A DNA stretch of 64,000 nt from positions 11,133,710-11,197,709 of the forward strand of contig CM119268.1 in the NCBI GenBank assembly GCA_051294375.1. The letters are read 5' to 3'. This document shows positions 27,927 to 41,400 of this stretch, piece by piece. The translations under genes were made by a program, and so were the position numbers. Source of the stretch: Paraspadella gotoi. Its lineage: Eukaryota > Animalia > Chaetognatha. The notes under the pieces are model-generated. The model did no database searches. It worked only from the letters and a program-made list of their open reading frames with translations, and was not told the origin of the DNA. The number at the start of each line of letters is the position of its first letter. Position 1 is the stretch's first letter.

Positions 27927-28572
27927 TCGGTAACCGGCCCCTCGCGACCGCTAAATATTAATGACCACGAGGGTTGACCCCGTGGCTACGAAACCTTCGT
28001 CGCCACACCATTTACTTAAAAGATAATATAGTTTAAAAAAATAATCGTACGTTTAAAATTTGATTTAAATTTTTTTCTTGAATAGCGTCATTGTAATTTA
28101 AATGAAAATGCTTGTTTTTCCCGTTTTCCAAAACGGGATTTTTCTATATCGTAAACTTGGAAAATTTTATGTGTTATTGACAGAACCGTTCAATATAAGC
28201 AGTCCCTGAGCTTCGGATCAGGCTGATAACACCATGTTACCGGCGGGTTAAGAGTCCCGTCCCTCTTAACTGCTAGGCGACCACCGGGCTAGAACCCCGG
28301 ACCTTTGGGTTGGGAGTGAATGACTTGCCTCCGGCACCAAGGGCCGCTGATGAACGGTTGGTGGATTTTAGTCCACCATAGAGTCATCAAACTCTATTGC
28401 CTCACCTTTGTGATATCAGCAGTCCACTGAATCTGTGAAGCGGTGATACACATCTGCCCTGGCCACTCCTTGATCCATTTGTCCCTTTTGTTCAAATGCT
28501 TTTTCAAAGCCACACGAGTTTGTTTGAGCACGTCCTGGGGAATAGGGAGAAAATGGTAAAACGAGAGAAGGA

Positions 28573-28645
<73 letters not shown>

Positions 28646-31600
28646 AGAGAGACGAGTAGCAGAAGAGAGAGAGACGAGTGAATTTTAAATAAGATTAATA
28701 AAACTTAAAACAATTAACATAATTGATCGTCGCTCACCTTGAGAGTCCACCTCATCGTCCTGTCGAGGAGCTTCAGCAAGCGGTAGACACAGGACGTGAG
28801 AACACGACGGCGATCGGAAGATCTAGCGACGGAGCGACGAGCAGAGTTACAAGATGAGGGTGCTAAGATCCCATCGGATTGAGTGAGTATCCAATGGGGT
28901 GCACAGTCAGAGAGATTAGACTATAGAGCGGATCACATACCATAGGCAACAAATATTAGAAGCCTTAAGATGCACTTGAGAAAGTCAACTTAAAAAACGC
29001 TACGATTGTGGTGGTTTCAGTTAGACGAACGACTTAGACAGTCACGAGGGAAAAGGAACGGATAAGATTGGCACCGCGTGATACATATTAAATTCAATTC
29101 TCGTACACAGGATAAATAAGATCAAGTTGAAGTCCGAAAGACTATTAGGGTAAAAGACGTCTCGTCAGACGCGAAGTTGTAGGTCGATATAGGTTAAGAA
29201 CACAGAAGAGGGGCTACATCATGGAAAGAAGTAGAATTGCGTGCGAAAGTAGTATTCTCTTGAGTATTCCTCCTCAGTAGTACTCAGGACAGGATGCTTA
29301 AGATCACCAATATCCGAGATTGGATAATATGATGGCGAGACTAATTACTGGGTTCCATTTCACTTAAGGGACTTGATGTTCGAACACTTCTTAGGTAGCA
29401 TGAACTGGGATTGGATGGCCACTAAGTATTAAGAGACTCTTGGAGAAAGTAGAATCGAAGATTTGCAGTAATAGTCTCATAATGTCGTGCAGAGATCTCG
29501 ACTGGAATACATTTTAAGACATTAAAAACTGTTAGCAACCTCATTTTAATAGAGTAACTATTATATATACTCTATCAAAATCAGTGAATAGTTTACGGCT
29601 AGAATCTCGATAGTGCACATCATCATTATTAGGACATCAAAGGACTCTTCTTGATCTAAAAGTCTAGCCAAGCTTTGCGCCAGCTCGCTTCAAATTCATA
29701 TCGTTGAGCGGCTGGTCGAGCGATGCCCTCTGTGATGCGTCCCCTGAGGGCGTTGGGTTATATATGGGTTTCCATATCTCGACATGATGTGCTTCACTTG
29801 ACGTGTTGACGGTCGTCAACTCCGACGACTCCTTCGGCAGTTGCTTCCGGATGTCCTCGCCGAGGAAGATGTCTTGGGAGAAGGGAGGAACAAGATAAGG
29901 AGGTTAAATACCAATACTAAATCAATTAAATCTATTTAAATAAGTCAATCAATCGCTGGCCTTACCTCTAAATACATTCCACTGCCGCTGTACAGTCTGT
30001 ATCATTTCTTATGACCTCGAGGATGTGACTCAAGTTCTCTCCCAGTAGTCGACGTCCGACTCGAAGGCCTTAACGAACCGAGAGGCCTTCATCGTCGACA
30101 ATTGAACCTGGTTGTCCTCCAGGAGTTGGAACACCTCGTCCGTCGTTCTGAAGGAGTTGTAAACAAAACATAAACCGCTGGTCGCTGTAGTGAAAAACCT
30201 CTTTGGTAGTTTAATCTAAGTGTCCTTTCCGTAGTAAAAAACCTCTTACTTTAATCTATAATGTCCTTTGTCCTTGTACGGTCCGATGTCTAATTGAGTT
30301 TGCTCCACGTCATTCTGATATTGTCCAATGCCTGAGTGGAAGAGGGATGCAGGACAATGGTTGTTAAAGACCCTGGCTTTAAGGTACGTGCTGTCATCAA
30401 AAAATAAACAACTGCGTCGTGAACAAAGTCAAAAATCCACGCACACCACGGGAAATGACCGTAGGGACTTTTCGATAAGGTAGTAAGAAACTAATCAGTC
30501 GACGAAGCCCATCGATTAGCCGACCCGGAACAACGACCATTTCCAATTCCCCGTCGACACTCCGCGGAAGGAAGGAACGAACCTGCCTCTATGGAGAGCT
30601 CCTTCGTGGCCGCGCCCGACACTTCCGTTGATCTGCTCGGCGAACTGATCCAACCCGAGTTCGATGATTTTCCAGGGTGAAGTCGTCCGATTTGTGGTCG
30701 AACGGACGTTGGGACTCAGACTGTGGTTGTTGTGCGTTTGTGCGTTCGAACATGGGGTTAAGGAGGAGTTGGGCTAACGCCGAGGTGGGGGCAGAGAAGA
30801 AAGTAAATAGTGAAACTGATTTGATGGCATTTTGAACTCATATAAAAACGAATTTAAATTTTTTCAGTCAATGTAATAAGTTTTCTTTTTTTTTTACGTG
30901 AGAGGCATTAATTTGCTATTTTCATTTCCTCTTAAATGGGTTTCGCTTCATTAGGGTTCCCTGAAAACCAACTTAAAATTTCAGCTTTTGGCAGTTCATT
31001 CTTTACGTTTTTTTCTAAACATATAAAACAATTGGAATAAATGTTTGCGATGTAAGTTTTGACAGAAGAAACTGGAAAGACGAAAGAAAAACACGCAGAA
31101 CTAAAAATAATCTGACAAACAACAAACGATGAGGTGACAGACAACATCAATTTATATAGCATGCAAATACGAACAATAAACGATTCTGTAAGATTGAAAT
31201 AGTTGAGAATTTCTTACTGTGGTTCCTGTTGTAGGCAGCTTCTCGCTGCCTGACAGTAGCTCAGAAGTAACAAGGAGAAATGCATTTGTCAAGTATGGTA
31301 TAACATTGTAATTTTTAATACCTAAAATACACAAATATATTTTAAAATATTTCGAGTGCTATGTTTCATTTTTTCTAAAATATTTATTAGTTTTATAACT
31401 GTTTTTCGAAGTTGTTCTCTTTAGTATTTGAAATATTTATTAAAGATTTTTTTTAAAAATTGCTTCTTTAAATAAAATGAATTTCATCATATGGACAAAA
31501 AAAAGCATGTATGCATTTTTTTTTTTCCTATATTTTTTTTTTGAAATACTCAAACCAACCCAGTCGGCATGCACAATTTTACTGTGATCAAGCTCTAAAT

Positions 31601-34600
31601 CAGCACTGTGCACCACTCTTCTTGTTACAGCCTGCAGGTACACGGGAAAAACACCTGGCTGGAACAAAGTCCTATAGCTAGGGCGCTACTTATGGCAATT
31701 TAACTTTTAAAAAAAACCCTATATTCTCATTTAAAAAGTTGTGCTACCGTGATCACTATTTTTTTTGCGTTGAAAACCGCGATCATAGTGAAAGAAGTGA
31801 TGGAAGAAGAAAAATTCCTATGACTTTTTTTTTTAAACCTTGAATGTTATTCGTTTATAAAAACCCGCATGCTGTTTAGTGGGTTTTAAGTGTTTAAATT
31901 ACCGGAGTTTTGTGTTATGTAATTCCTGATTTAAATACAAACGCAAGATGAAAGTAAATTGTTTCATACATACATCTACAATTTAAACAGTCATTATTGA
32001 ATTCAATTAATCATATCATGCTAACCAATGAATTCTATTTTTACCTGAATTTTGTCCCAGTGGCGAGGTCTCATGGCGTGATTTTTCAAATCCTGAATCA
32101 CCCGGCATCGTGCGCCGGAATTCGATCCACCCGGTTCTTTGATGTATCCACGACTTCCCAGTTTTTGTCCTAAAAATACAATGTTGTTTTTTAGGACCTT
32201 TTTTTTATTAAAAGGTACGGTAATATTTTAATTAATTGTTTGATGATGCTTACATGGTACAGGATTGAGAAAACGCATGAACAGGTAATACGGTGGAGAA
32301 GAACAACGCGTGTAGGACGCTTACAAATATGCTGTTATCAATATCATAACGAGCTTAATGTCCAACTCAAAAACTGACATCATTTCTTCTCAAAATTACT
32401 AAATCTGGAGAAAATCGTATAATAATTACTACAAACACCCCTTTCAATCTATTTTTGCATCTTTTTTATTAATGACAAAAAAAGCTTAAAATAAAGAATT
32501 TAATGGCTAATAGAAACGCTGACAATGAAGAGTATTCAAACATGAAGTGATTGTAAATAAATGCATAAAAAACCCAAACGAAGAACGCGAAAATTCATAA
32601 TCAAATAATAAAATATAAATATCAACAAAAAATTAGAGACTTTACAACTTCCAACTTTGGTACCGGTCTATGAATGAAAAAATTAAGAAGTAAAATTTTT
32701 TTTTTTTATTTCATTTTTATACTGCCATGGATACTGATAAAACCTAACCTGGTGCATTTTTGTATTTTATATAACTAAAATAATATATAAACAATACGCG
32801 CGAAAATCTACAATAAAGAAAAATTGTTGAGTTCGCTTCTCCAGTTAGCTATTCAAAAGATTTCTTTATAGTTGTAGCATTGACCAAGCTTAACCGCGTT
32901 CCCGATTAAGGTTTTGTTTCAAGTTTCCGGAAAATATTGTTAGAGGTTTCTTCATGTCCTTTGTTCCAGGTAACAATCTGAAGAGTGTAACTTAATAGAA
33001 AAAACATCTTAACTAAACGGAATAAGCTTTTATGACCCTTACCTGCCACTCTTCCATTCCCCCATAAGATTCCCACTTGCCTGATTCCCCAACCAAACCA
33101 ATTTGCTCGAGGTCTGTAACATGAATGAAATAAAAAGTAAAAGAGTCTTTCAAAAAGAAAATCTACAAAACAATACCAACTGACCTTTTCGAGGCTAACA
33201 ACGTCTTGGACGGTGGAGTTCTTAATTTGAAAGATTAACAACCTGTAAAATATCATTTTTCTCCATTTTTTCAAAAGCTCGTATAAGTATAACTTGTCTC
33301 TTTTTAACGCTAATAATCAATTTTTACGAAGTAATATTACGAAAATTACTCGCCACAATTTAAACTCAACGACCTTAGTACGAATGTAAAATCTATCTGG
33401 GAAGTTGTAACGCTATTGTAAGTCTAGTGCTTGTACCCTTTGTGATGGTGGCTNNNNNNNNNNNNNNNNNNNNNNNNNCCACAGTCTGAGTCCCAACGTC
33501 CGTTCGACCACAAATCGGACGACTTCACCCTGGAAAAATCATCGAACTCGGGTTGGATCAGATTCGCCGAGCAGATCAAGGAAGTGTCGGCGCGGCCACG
33601 AAGGAGCTCTCCATAGAGCAGGTTCGTTCCTTCCTTCCGCGGAGTGTCGACGGGGAATTGGAAAGGTCGTTTTCGGGTCGGCAATCGATGGGCTTCGTCG
33701 ACTGATTAGTTTCTCTACCTTTATCGAAAGTCCCTACGGTCATTTCCCGTGGTGTGCGTGGATTTTTGACTTTGTTCACGACGCAGTTGTTTATTTTTTG
33801 ATGACAGCACGTACCTTAAGCCAGGGTCTTTAACAACCATATTTCCCTGCATCCCTCTTCGCACTCAAGGCATTGGACAATATCAGAATGACGTGGAGCA
33901 AACTCAATTAGACATCGGACCGTACAGGACAAAGGACATTATAGATTAAAGTAAGAGGTTTTTACTACGGAAAGGACACTTAGATTAAAACTACCAAAGG
34001 AGGTTTTTCACTACAGGCGACCCAGGTTTATGTTTTGTTTACAACTCCTTCAGAACGACGGACGAGGTGTTCCAACTCCTGAGAGACAACCAGGTTCAAT
34101 TGTCGACGATGAAGGCCTCTCGTTGCGTTAAGGCCTTCGAGTCGGACGTCGACTACTGGGAGAGAACTTGAGTCACATCCTCCGAGGTCAAAGAAATGAT
34201 ACAGACTGTACAGCGGCAGTGGAATGTATTTAGAGGTAGAGGCCAGCGATTGATTGACTTATTTTTAAATAGATTTAATTGATTTAGTATTGGTATTTAA
34301 CCTCCTTATCTTGTTCCTTCCTTCTCCCAGAACATCTTCCTCGGCGAGGACATCCGGAAGCAACTGCCGAAGGAGTCGTCGGAGTTTGACGACACGTCAA
34401 CGTCAAGTGGAAGCACATCATGTCGAGAATGAACAAAGACGCCGAACGCCCTCAGGGGGACGCATCACGAGGGCATCCTCGACACCCTCAACTGATATGC
34501 AATTTGAAGCTGGAGGAGATCCAAAAGTCTTTAGGTCTTAAGAGTGATTTAGATTTCTAAGAAATGAATGAGATTCTTATAAAGATGTCCTAATAATGTG

Positions 34601-35419
34601 GCGATAAGAATGCACATCGAGATCTAGCCGGCCTAAACTATTACCGAAACTATTAATTGGAAGTAGTATATATAAGGTTCAGTTACTCTTTAGTTAAAAA
34701 TGGGTTGTAACCCAGTTTTTTTAAATGTCTTAAAAATTTATTTACTTCATCGAATCCCTGCCAGACATGTACTATGGAGACGAAACGGCAAATCTTCCCG
34801 CGATTCTACTTAATCTCCAACGACGACCTCCTGAGATCTTGGGCCAATCCAAAAATCCCGAAAAGCCGTTCAGCCGCACCTCAAGAAGTGCCTTCGACAA
34901 CATCAAGTCCCTTAGAGATGGGAAAAATGGGAATCACGCAAAAGGTGGCGCCACAATCATTATCCTTTCTCGGTTGGTGATCGTGTAGCTCTTTCCGGTC
35001 TACTGAAAAAAAAAATACTGAACTATTTATTTACTTTCTTTTTTTCCTGATTAGTTTCTTGATTTAATATTTTTGATTGACTGATTGGTTGATCGAAAGA
35101 TCGGTCTTTTTTTACCTAATTCTTTTCGGATTAATTGATTGATTTATCTACTTCATCGGAATTGATTTAATTTATTTATTATTCTGTTATCTTCCTTTTC
35201 CATCAGTTCGAAGCGTACGGCATGACGTCGGCCGGATGGCGAGCACGTGGAGTCACTCATCCGGTGTGCTCGACGGTCTCGCCGTGGAAGCCTGGCTCTG
35301 CGACGTCGAGCGGACGATGAGGTGGACTCTCAAGGTGAGCGACGATCAATTATGTTAATTGTTTTTAAGTTTTATTAAATCTTAATTTAAAATTCTCGCT
35401 CTCTCTCTCTTCTCTCTCG

Positions 35420-35459
<40 letters not shown>

Positions 35460-38400
35460 CTCTCTTCCTCTCTCTCTCTCTCTCTCTTCTCTCCTGTTTT
35501 ACCATTTTCTCCCTATTCCCCAGGACGTGCTCAAACAAACTCGTGTGGCTTTGAAAAAAGCATTTGAACAAAAGGGACAAATGGATCAAGGAGTGGCCAG
35601 GGCAGGATGTGTATCACCGCTTCACAGATTCAGTGGACTGCTGATATCACAAAGGTGAGGCAATAGAGTTTTGATGACTCTATGGTGGACTAAAATCCAC
35701 CAAACCGTTCATCAGCGGCCCTTGGTGCCGGAGGCGAAAGTCATTCACCTCCCAACCCAAAGGTCCGGGGTTCTAGCCCGGTGGTCGCCTAGCAGTTAAG
35801 AGGGACGGGACTCTTAACCCGCCGGTAACATGGTGTTATCAGCCTGATCCGAAGCTCAGGGACTGCTTATATTGAACGGTTCTGTCAATAACACATAACA
35901 AATTTTCCAAGTTTTTAAGGGAACATCCCGTTTTGGAAAACGGGAAAAACAATTTTTTTAAATTACAATGACGACTATTCAAGAAAAAAATTTAAAATCA
36001 AATTTTTTAAACGTAACGATTATTTTTTTAAACTATATTATCTTTTAAGTAAATGTGTGGCGACGAAGGTTTCGTAGCCACGGGGTCAACCCTCGTGGTC
36101 ATTATATTTAGCGGTCGCGAAGGAGGCCGGTTACGACTTCCTCCTCTCTCTCTCTCTCGTCTCTCTCTCTCTCTTCTCCTTCTTCTCTTCCTCTTACTTT
36201 ATCTATGCAGTGCTCTCTCTTCTTAGTCTCGTCTGATGATCTTCCATGTTCTACAATCTACATGTATTCTCTGTATCACATTGTTATTCGCCAATAATCC
36301 ATGATTATGACCGCTACAATGGCATTGTTTTCTGGTACTGTTTTCAATAATAATTAGTATTGTTCTTATCTTTTTAATTTCTTCATATTTTAACCCTAAC
36401 ATTTTCTCTCGACCTCAATCTAACAGGCCCTGTCCTCTACCAAAGAACGTGGCGACAAGCGCGCCCTCAAAATCGCGAAACGCAAACAGGTGGCGCCTCT
36501 TGTTTTACAAAAGGCGAAGACAACTTAGCACCTGACGCACCTGAGCTTCCTTCCTCCCTCCCTACCAGGTGGCGATGCTTAACAAGTTCTCAGAGGCCAT
36601 CGAGGAAACTTGACCAAACTCCAACGCGCCAAAATCGTCTCCTTGGTGACCATCGAAGTTCACGCGCGCGACGTCCAATCGAGAAACTCGTCAAAGCGGG
36701 ATGCAGCGAAGTCACGGCCTTCGATTGGCTGAGTCAGTTTGAGGTGATTCTCAAACTCGAGACGGCGTTGGTTTTTTTTCGGGGATGATTTATTATTTTA
36801 AAATCGTTCTTATGCTAATTATTATTATTCACCACCCCGCCGCCACCCAACGGCAACCCACTTCTCACTCCCTCAGATTCTACTGGGATCGTGATCTCGA
36901 TGACTGCGTGATTCGCCAGACCAACACTCAATTCCGCTATGGGTACGAGTACCTGGGAAACTCGGGTCGTCTGGTCATCACTCCGCTGACCGACAGGTGC
37001 TACATGACCCTGACCACGGCCATGCACCTCCACCGGGGCGGGTCGCCCAAAGGGCCCGCCGGAACCGGCAAGACGGAGTCGACCAAAGATTTGGGGAAAG
37101 CGTTGGGCCAGTACGTCATCGTCGTCAACTGCTCCGAGGTAAGGGCTTTATTAATATTATTAATTAATTTATTAAAAAATATTGAAAAAAAAGTTCTGAG
37201 TTCATCACATTCAAAATTGGAAATCTGATTTGCCCAATATACTATTTTTCCTTTTTTCAAAAACTGGGCAAACTGGTTTTTCACATGTAGCTCCTACAAT
37301 AAGTAATGACAATTTGACAGAACGATAAATTTAAGTTTTTTCCTGACGTAAAAAACTGGTTTGTTAAATTTTAAATTAACTTATTAAGGTATTACGTTTG
37401 CCCGTGCAGTTTGAACTTTATTTTCACGTCTATTCCCCTTTGATGACATGATATGACATGACTAAAAAACTTATTTGCCCGTACCCAACTGCCATGTACT
37501 GCATCAATAGTCTTTGTTTTAGACATAAGGGGCCTAGAGTCTCTTAGATTGGGGTTTATAAAAAAAGCAACAGTAGGACAACCGACGGACCGACGACCGA
37601 TGATATGAATGGAGCTCATTTTCCCGTCCAACGCGCAAACCCTCGCCCTTGGCAATTCTGCCGTCGTTTGGTTTCATCTCTCCTTTTTAATTACATTTAT
37701 ATATATCTCTTAGCTGTTTGTAAGATTAACATCTTAACAAGTAATTACTATAAAATTTAATATCTTGATTGAAATTTTAATAAAAAAAACCTTTCATTGT
37801 TTTTTATTATGTAAATAAGTGCTTAATATTATCTTTATTATAAAACATACTATAATCAAATTAGAATTTTATCATTTTATACAATTTACAACCATAAATT
37901 ACAATAAGACTTAATTAATATCAATATCGTTAATAGTCAGATAACATTGTCCATCTCAAGCCGTTTATCTGCACTAAAACTAGGCTGATAGAAATTCATG
38001 ACAATCATTATTAAGCGGTGTTTCCCTGTCATCCTGGTCGTCATTTCTGTATTAAAAAAGAAACAAAAAATGAAACAATAGTACTTTTGCAATGGTGGAA
38101 ACGCATCTAGCATACGATAGGGTTCGATTGTATTGTCGTCGTTATCGCTTGTACATTTGGTGCAATTGATGTTATTCTTATATTATTAATTATTCAATAT
38201 ATATTGAATGATCGTGCAACCCATTGCTCAACTTGTTGAAAACGGTCAAAAAATACAAATAAAAATTTTAGTAAAAATTTATTTTTAATACTTTATACGT
38301 TTCAGTAAAATATTTGTTCAGTAGATTTAAATTAAAAATATAAAATGTATTTTTTCAAATCAAAAGGGGTAAAAAAAACCAAAAATAAGAAGAGAAATGA

Positions 38401-41400
38401 AAAATCCAATTAAAAAATTAAGAATCAAGAAAGGGTTCAAGATTTTATACATTAAAACTATTTCTCATAAATGCCGACACAGCGGTTAAGCTTCGGAATC
38501 TTATTTTAGTCGTCGGATTCAAAAGGCCGTCCAAGCCTTACGCTTTCGATCGCTCCATCTGAAATGAGCTCTTGCATTAATTTAGTGGACTTTACTCGTT
38601 AATACATACTTATCTATTATTTGATTTTTTTTTTAGGTTGACTACAAATCCATGGTGCGAATGTTTTCCGGTTTGGCTCAAACCGGAGCGTGGGGATGTT
38701 TGACGAGTTTAACCGAATCAACATTGAGGTACAACGAGTTGTTAATTCAAAATAAAAACAACCAACGAACATCATTGTCAAGTTACGCCAACCCTTGTGA
38801 ATCAGGTCTTGTCGGTCGGGCGCAGCAAATCCTGTCGATCCTGTCGGCCTTGTCGGCCTCGCAAACTCGGTTCGTCTCGAGGGAAGAGAGATCAACCTCA
38901 TTTGGAGCTGCGGGGTCTTCATCACCATGAACCCCAGCTACGCGGGCAGAACCGAGCTGCCCGACAATCTCAAGGCCATGTTCAGACCGATTTCCATGGT
39001 GGTGCCCGATTCTAACTACATCGCTGAAATCATTCTTTCGGCGAAGGATTCAACAACACGAAGATCTTGGCTAAAAAGTGTACACTCTGTACTCGCTGGC
39101 CGTTCAACAACTCTCTAAACAGGTGGGTTAGCTAATAAAGGCTTTTGGACAATTTTTTTAAAAGGTTAATAGTCGAAAATATGGTTTATAGGCGTAAATG
39201 TCATCAAAAAGGAAGAAAAGAGATTGGAGGATTAAAAAAAGTATCAAAATTGTGAAACCAATTCAAAATATATAAAGTCAATTAACGAATATGCTATCCT
39301 GCCCTGACTTGGTAGGTTTTAGCAGGATGCTTAAATGCAAGCTTTCAATCCAGACTCTCTCATTATAATTTATTAACTCCAAGATCAAGTGCCGAGCTTC
39401 TCATTCAATGAAGTAGTATAATTTTTCATGAAAAGTTTAAATTATTGTAAAATTGGTTCAATTTAGTTTAGTTTAATATACTGTAATTCAAAAAATCCAC
39501 TACACATCAGGATCATTACGACTATGGGCTTCGCGCTCTGGTCTCAGTTTTGCGCCACGCGGAAGGAAAAGAGATCCTCACCTCCTTACCCGACGAGGAG
39601 GTAAGAACCCTTACTTTTTAGCATCGAATAGATGAGAAGCTTGTTGCTTAAAGTTACTCGTCTAAGGTAAGGTTATATTAACTACTAAAGGACTTAAATG
39701 ATATGGCCTGATTCTGAGCTATTCAGCTCCACATACTCGGGCACTTTTTTTCAAAGAAGCCCCCTTGCTGCGGCTCCTGAAATGTTATTATGTTATAGAA
39801 TGTTATAGAAATGTTACCTATTGCAAGCCTTCTATCCACAATCTAGACAAATGTTTATAAATGTCAGTTTATTTATGTTTTTTTTCTTTCTTTTCTTTTA
39901 TCTTTTAGGGTGGTAAGTTTGCATATGTGAAACTAAGTGTTTTTCGTTTAATGAGGAAACTTTGTGACTACCTGTTCTCATTTCCCTGATTTAATTCAGT
40001 TACAAGTATGCTATTTTTAATCACTTTCAAATCATATGGTTTTATTATTTCCTCTAGTTAGTTTTCCGCGTTGTTGTAATGAGTTACTTTACGTAATAAA
40101 AAGTGACTAATTCGCAGAAAATCAAAACATAAAAACTAATATAATTTTTTTTGAGAATTCGAGTGAATTTTGAAAGAGAATATTTTTTTTTATGGTCACT
40201 GCATCGTTTCAGATCCTGCTGTTGGCCATGAAGGACATGAACATCCCCAAGATGACCACCAACGACCTTCCACTCTTCAACGCGATCATGAGCGATCTTT
40301 TTCCCGGAGTCGAGACGCCGCTCATCGACTACAGCAAGGTGGGATGGAGGCTGGGAGATGTTAAAAAATAAAGATGCCACCTAGCGTTAAAATCGCGGAT
40401 CGATATTGGAATCGTTTCCATAAAATACTGCCAATGAGCGCCAATATTGTAGCAAAATAAACTTAAGATTACAAAATTCAATGTATGTAAAAGATGTGAC
40501 CTTAAATTTTGTTTGTCCTAAAAGTTCATATTTTTTTAAATTTTGTTTTCAATGTTTAGTTGGAGGAGACATTAGAAGAGGAGTGCAAGTCCCGCAATCT
40601 GCAATGCACGGAAATTATCAAAACGAAGGTACATGTGTTACATAAATTTGTTATCAACTTATACTATTTCAACTCAAGTTTAATTTCTGATCATATTTAA
40701 TTTCTTCTCATATTCACCAGCATTTATCAAATATTACTCCTTTTCAAAATTAAAAAAAAAACAAACATAACATTAAAAAAAAAAAACACAAAAAACTTAA
40801 CATAATATTATTTCTTTCCCAGGTAATTCAACTTTACGAAACTAAAAATTCCCGCCACTCGGTTATGTTGGTGGGGCCAGACATTGTCGGGCAAATCCGT
40901 CGTTTGGAAGTTACTGCAAGCTACACTTACGAGGCTGCACAAAGCGGGAGACACGACATACCCTACAGTCAAAGTGAGTTTTTCTGTACCAGTTTAGTTT
41001 TCTTTATAAATGGGCCGTTTTTTAATTTCTTACTTTTTGTGGGATTATTTATGAATGTTAACAAAGGTCAAACAGATTGCATGATTCGTAAATAGTTTTA
41101 CTGTCAAGGATTTGTGCATGTGATTGTTTTTTAAACAGTTTTTAAACTGTTCCCGGTGTATTTAACTTACTAATTAATTGGATGCCAGTTTAGTTAGTCG
41201 TTTTTTAAGTATTTACTGATTATTATCGCATGTTTCTCATTACCTCTTTTCTTTTTGGGAAATGAATTGAAATTGATCATCAGGCCGTAAGTTATTAAAA
41301 TATTGATACAGATTATTATTTATATAATTATATAAATCCACTAATTATTCGTTTTGCTACTTTGGACAGGTGGTTTTGAGTGGAACTGCAACGCTTTTTC

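Noticed and set aside
28340-28380. Hammerhead ribozyme at gccgCTGATGAacgg (likewise ctgatga at ~36233 and ~60190)
   Set aside because: No GAAA and NUH after a stem II.
28738-29800. Highly diverged or novel coding sequence
   Set aside because: It is a garbled version of 54722-55620; fragments of the same exons remain recognisable.
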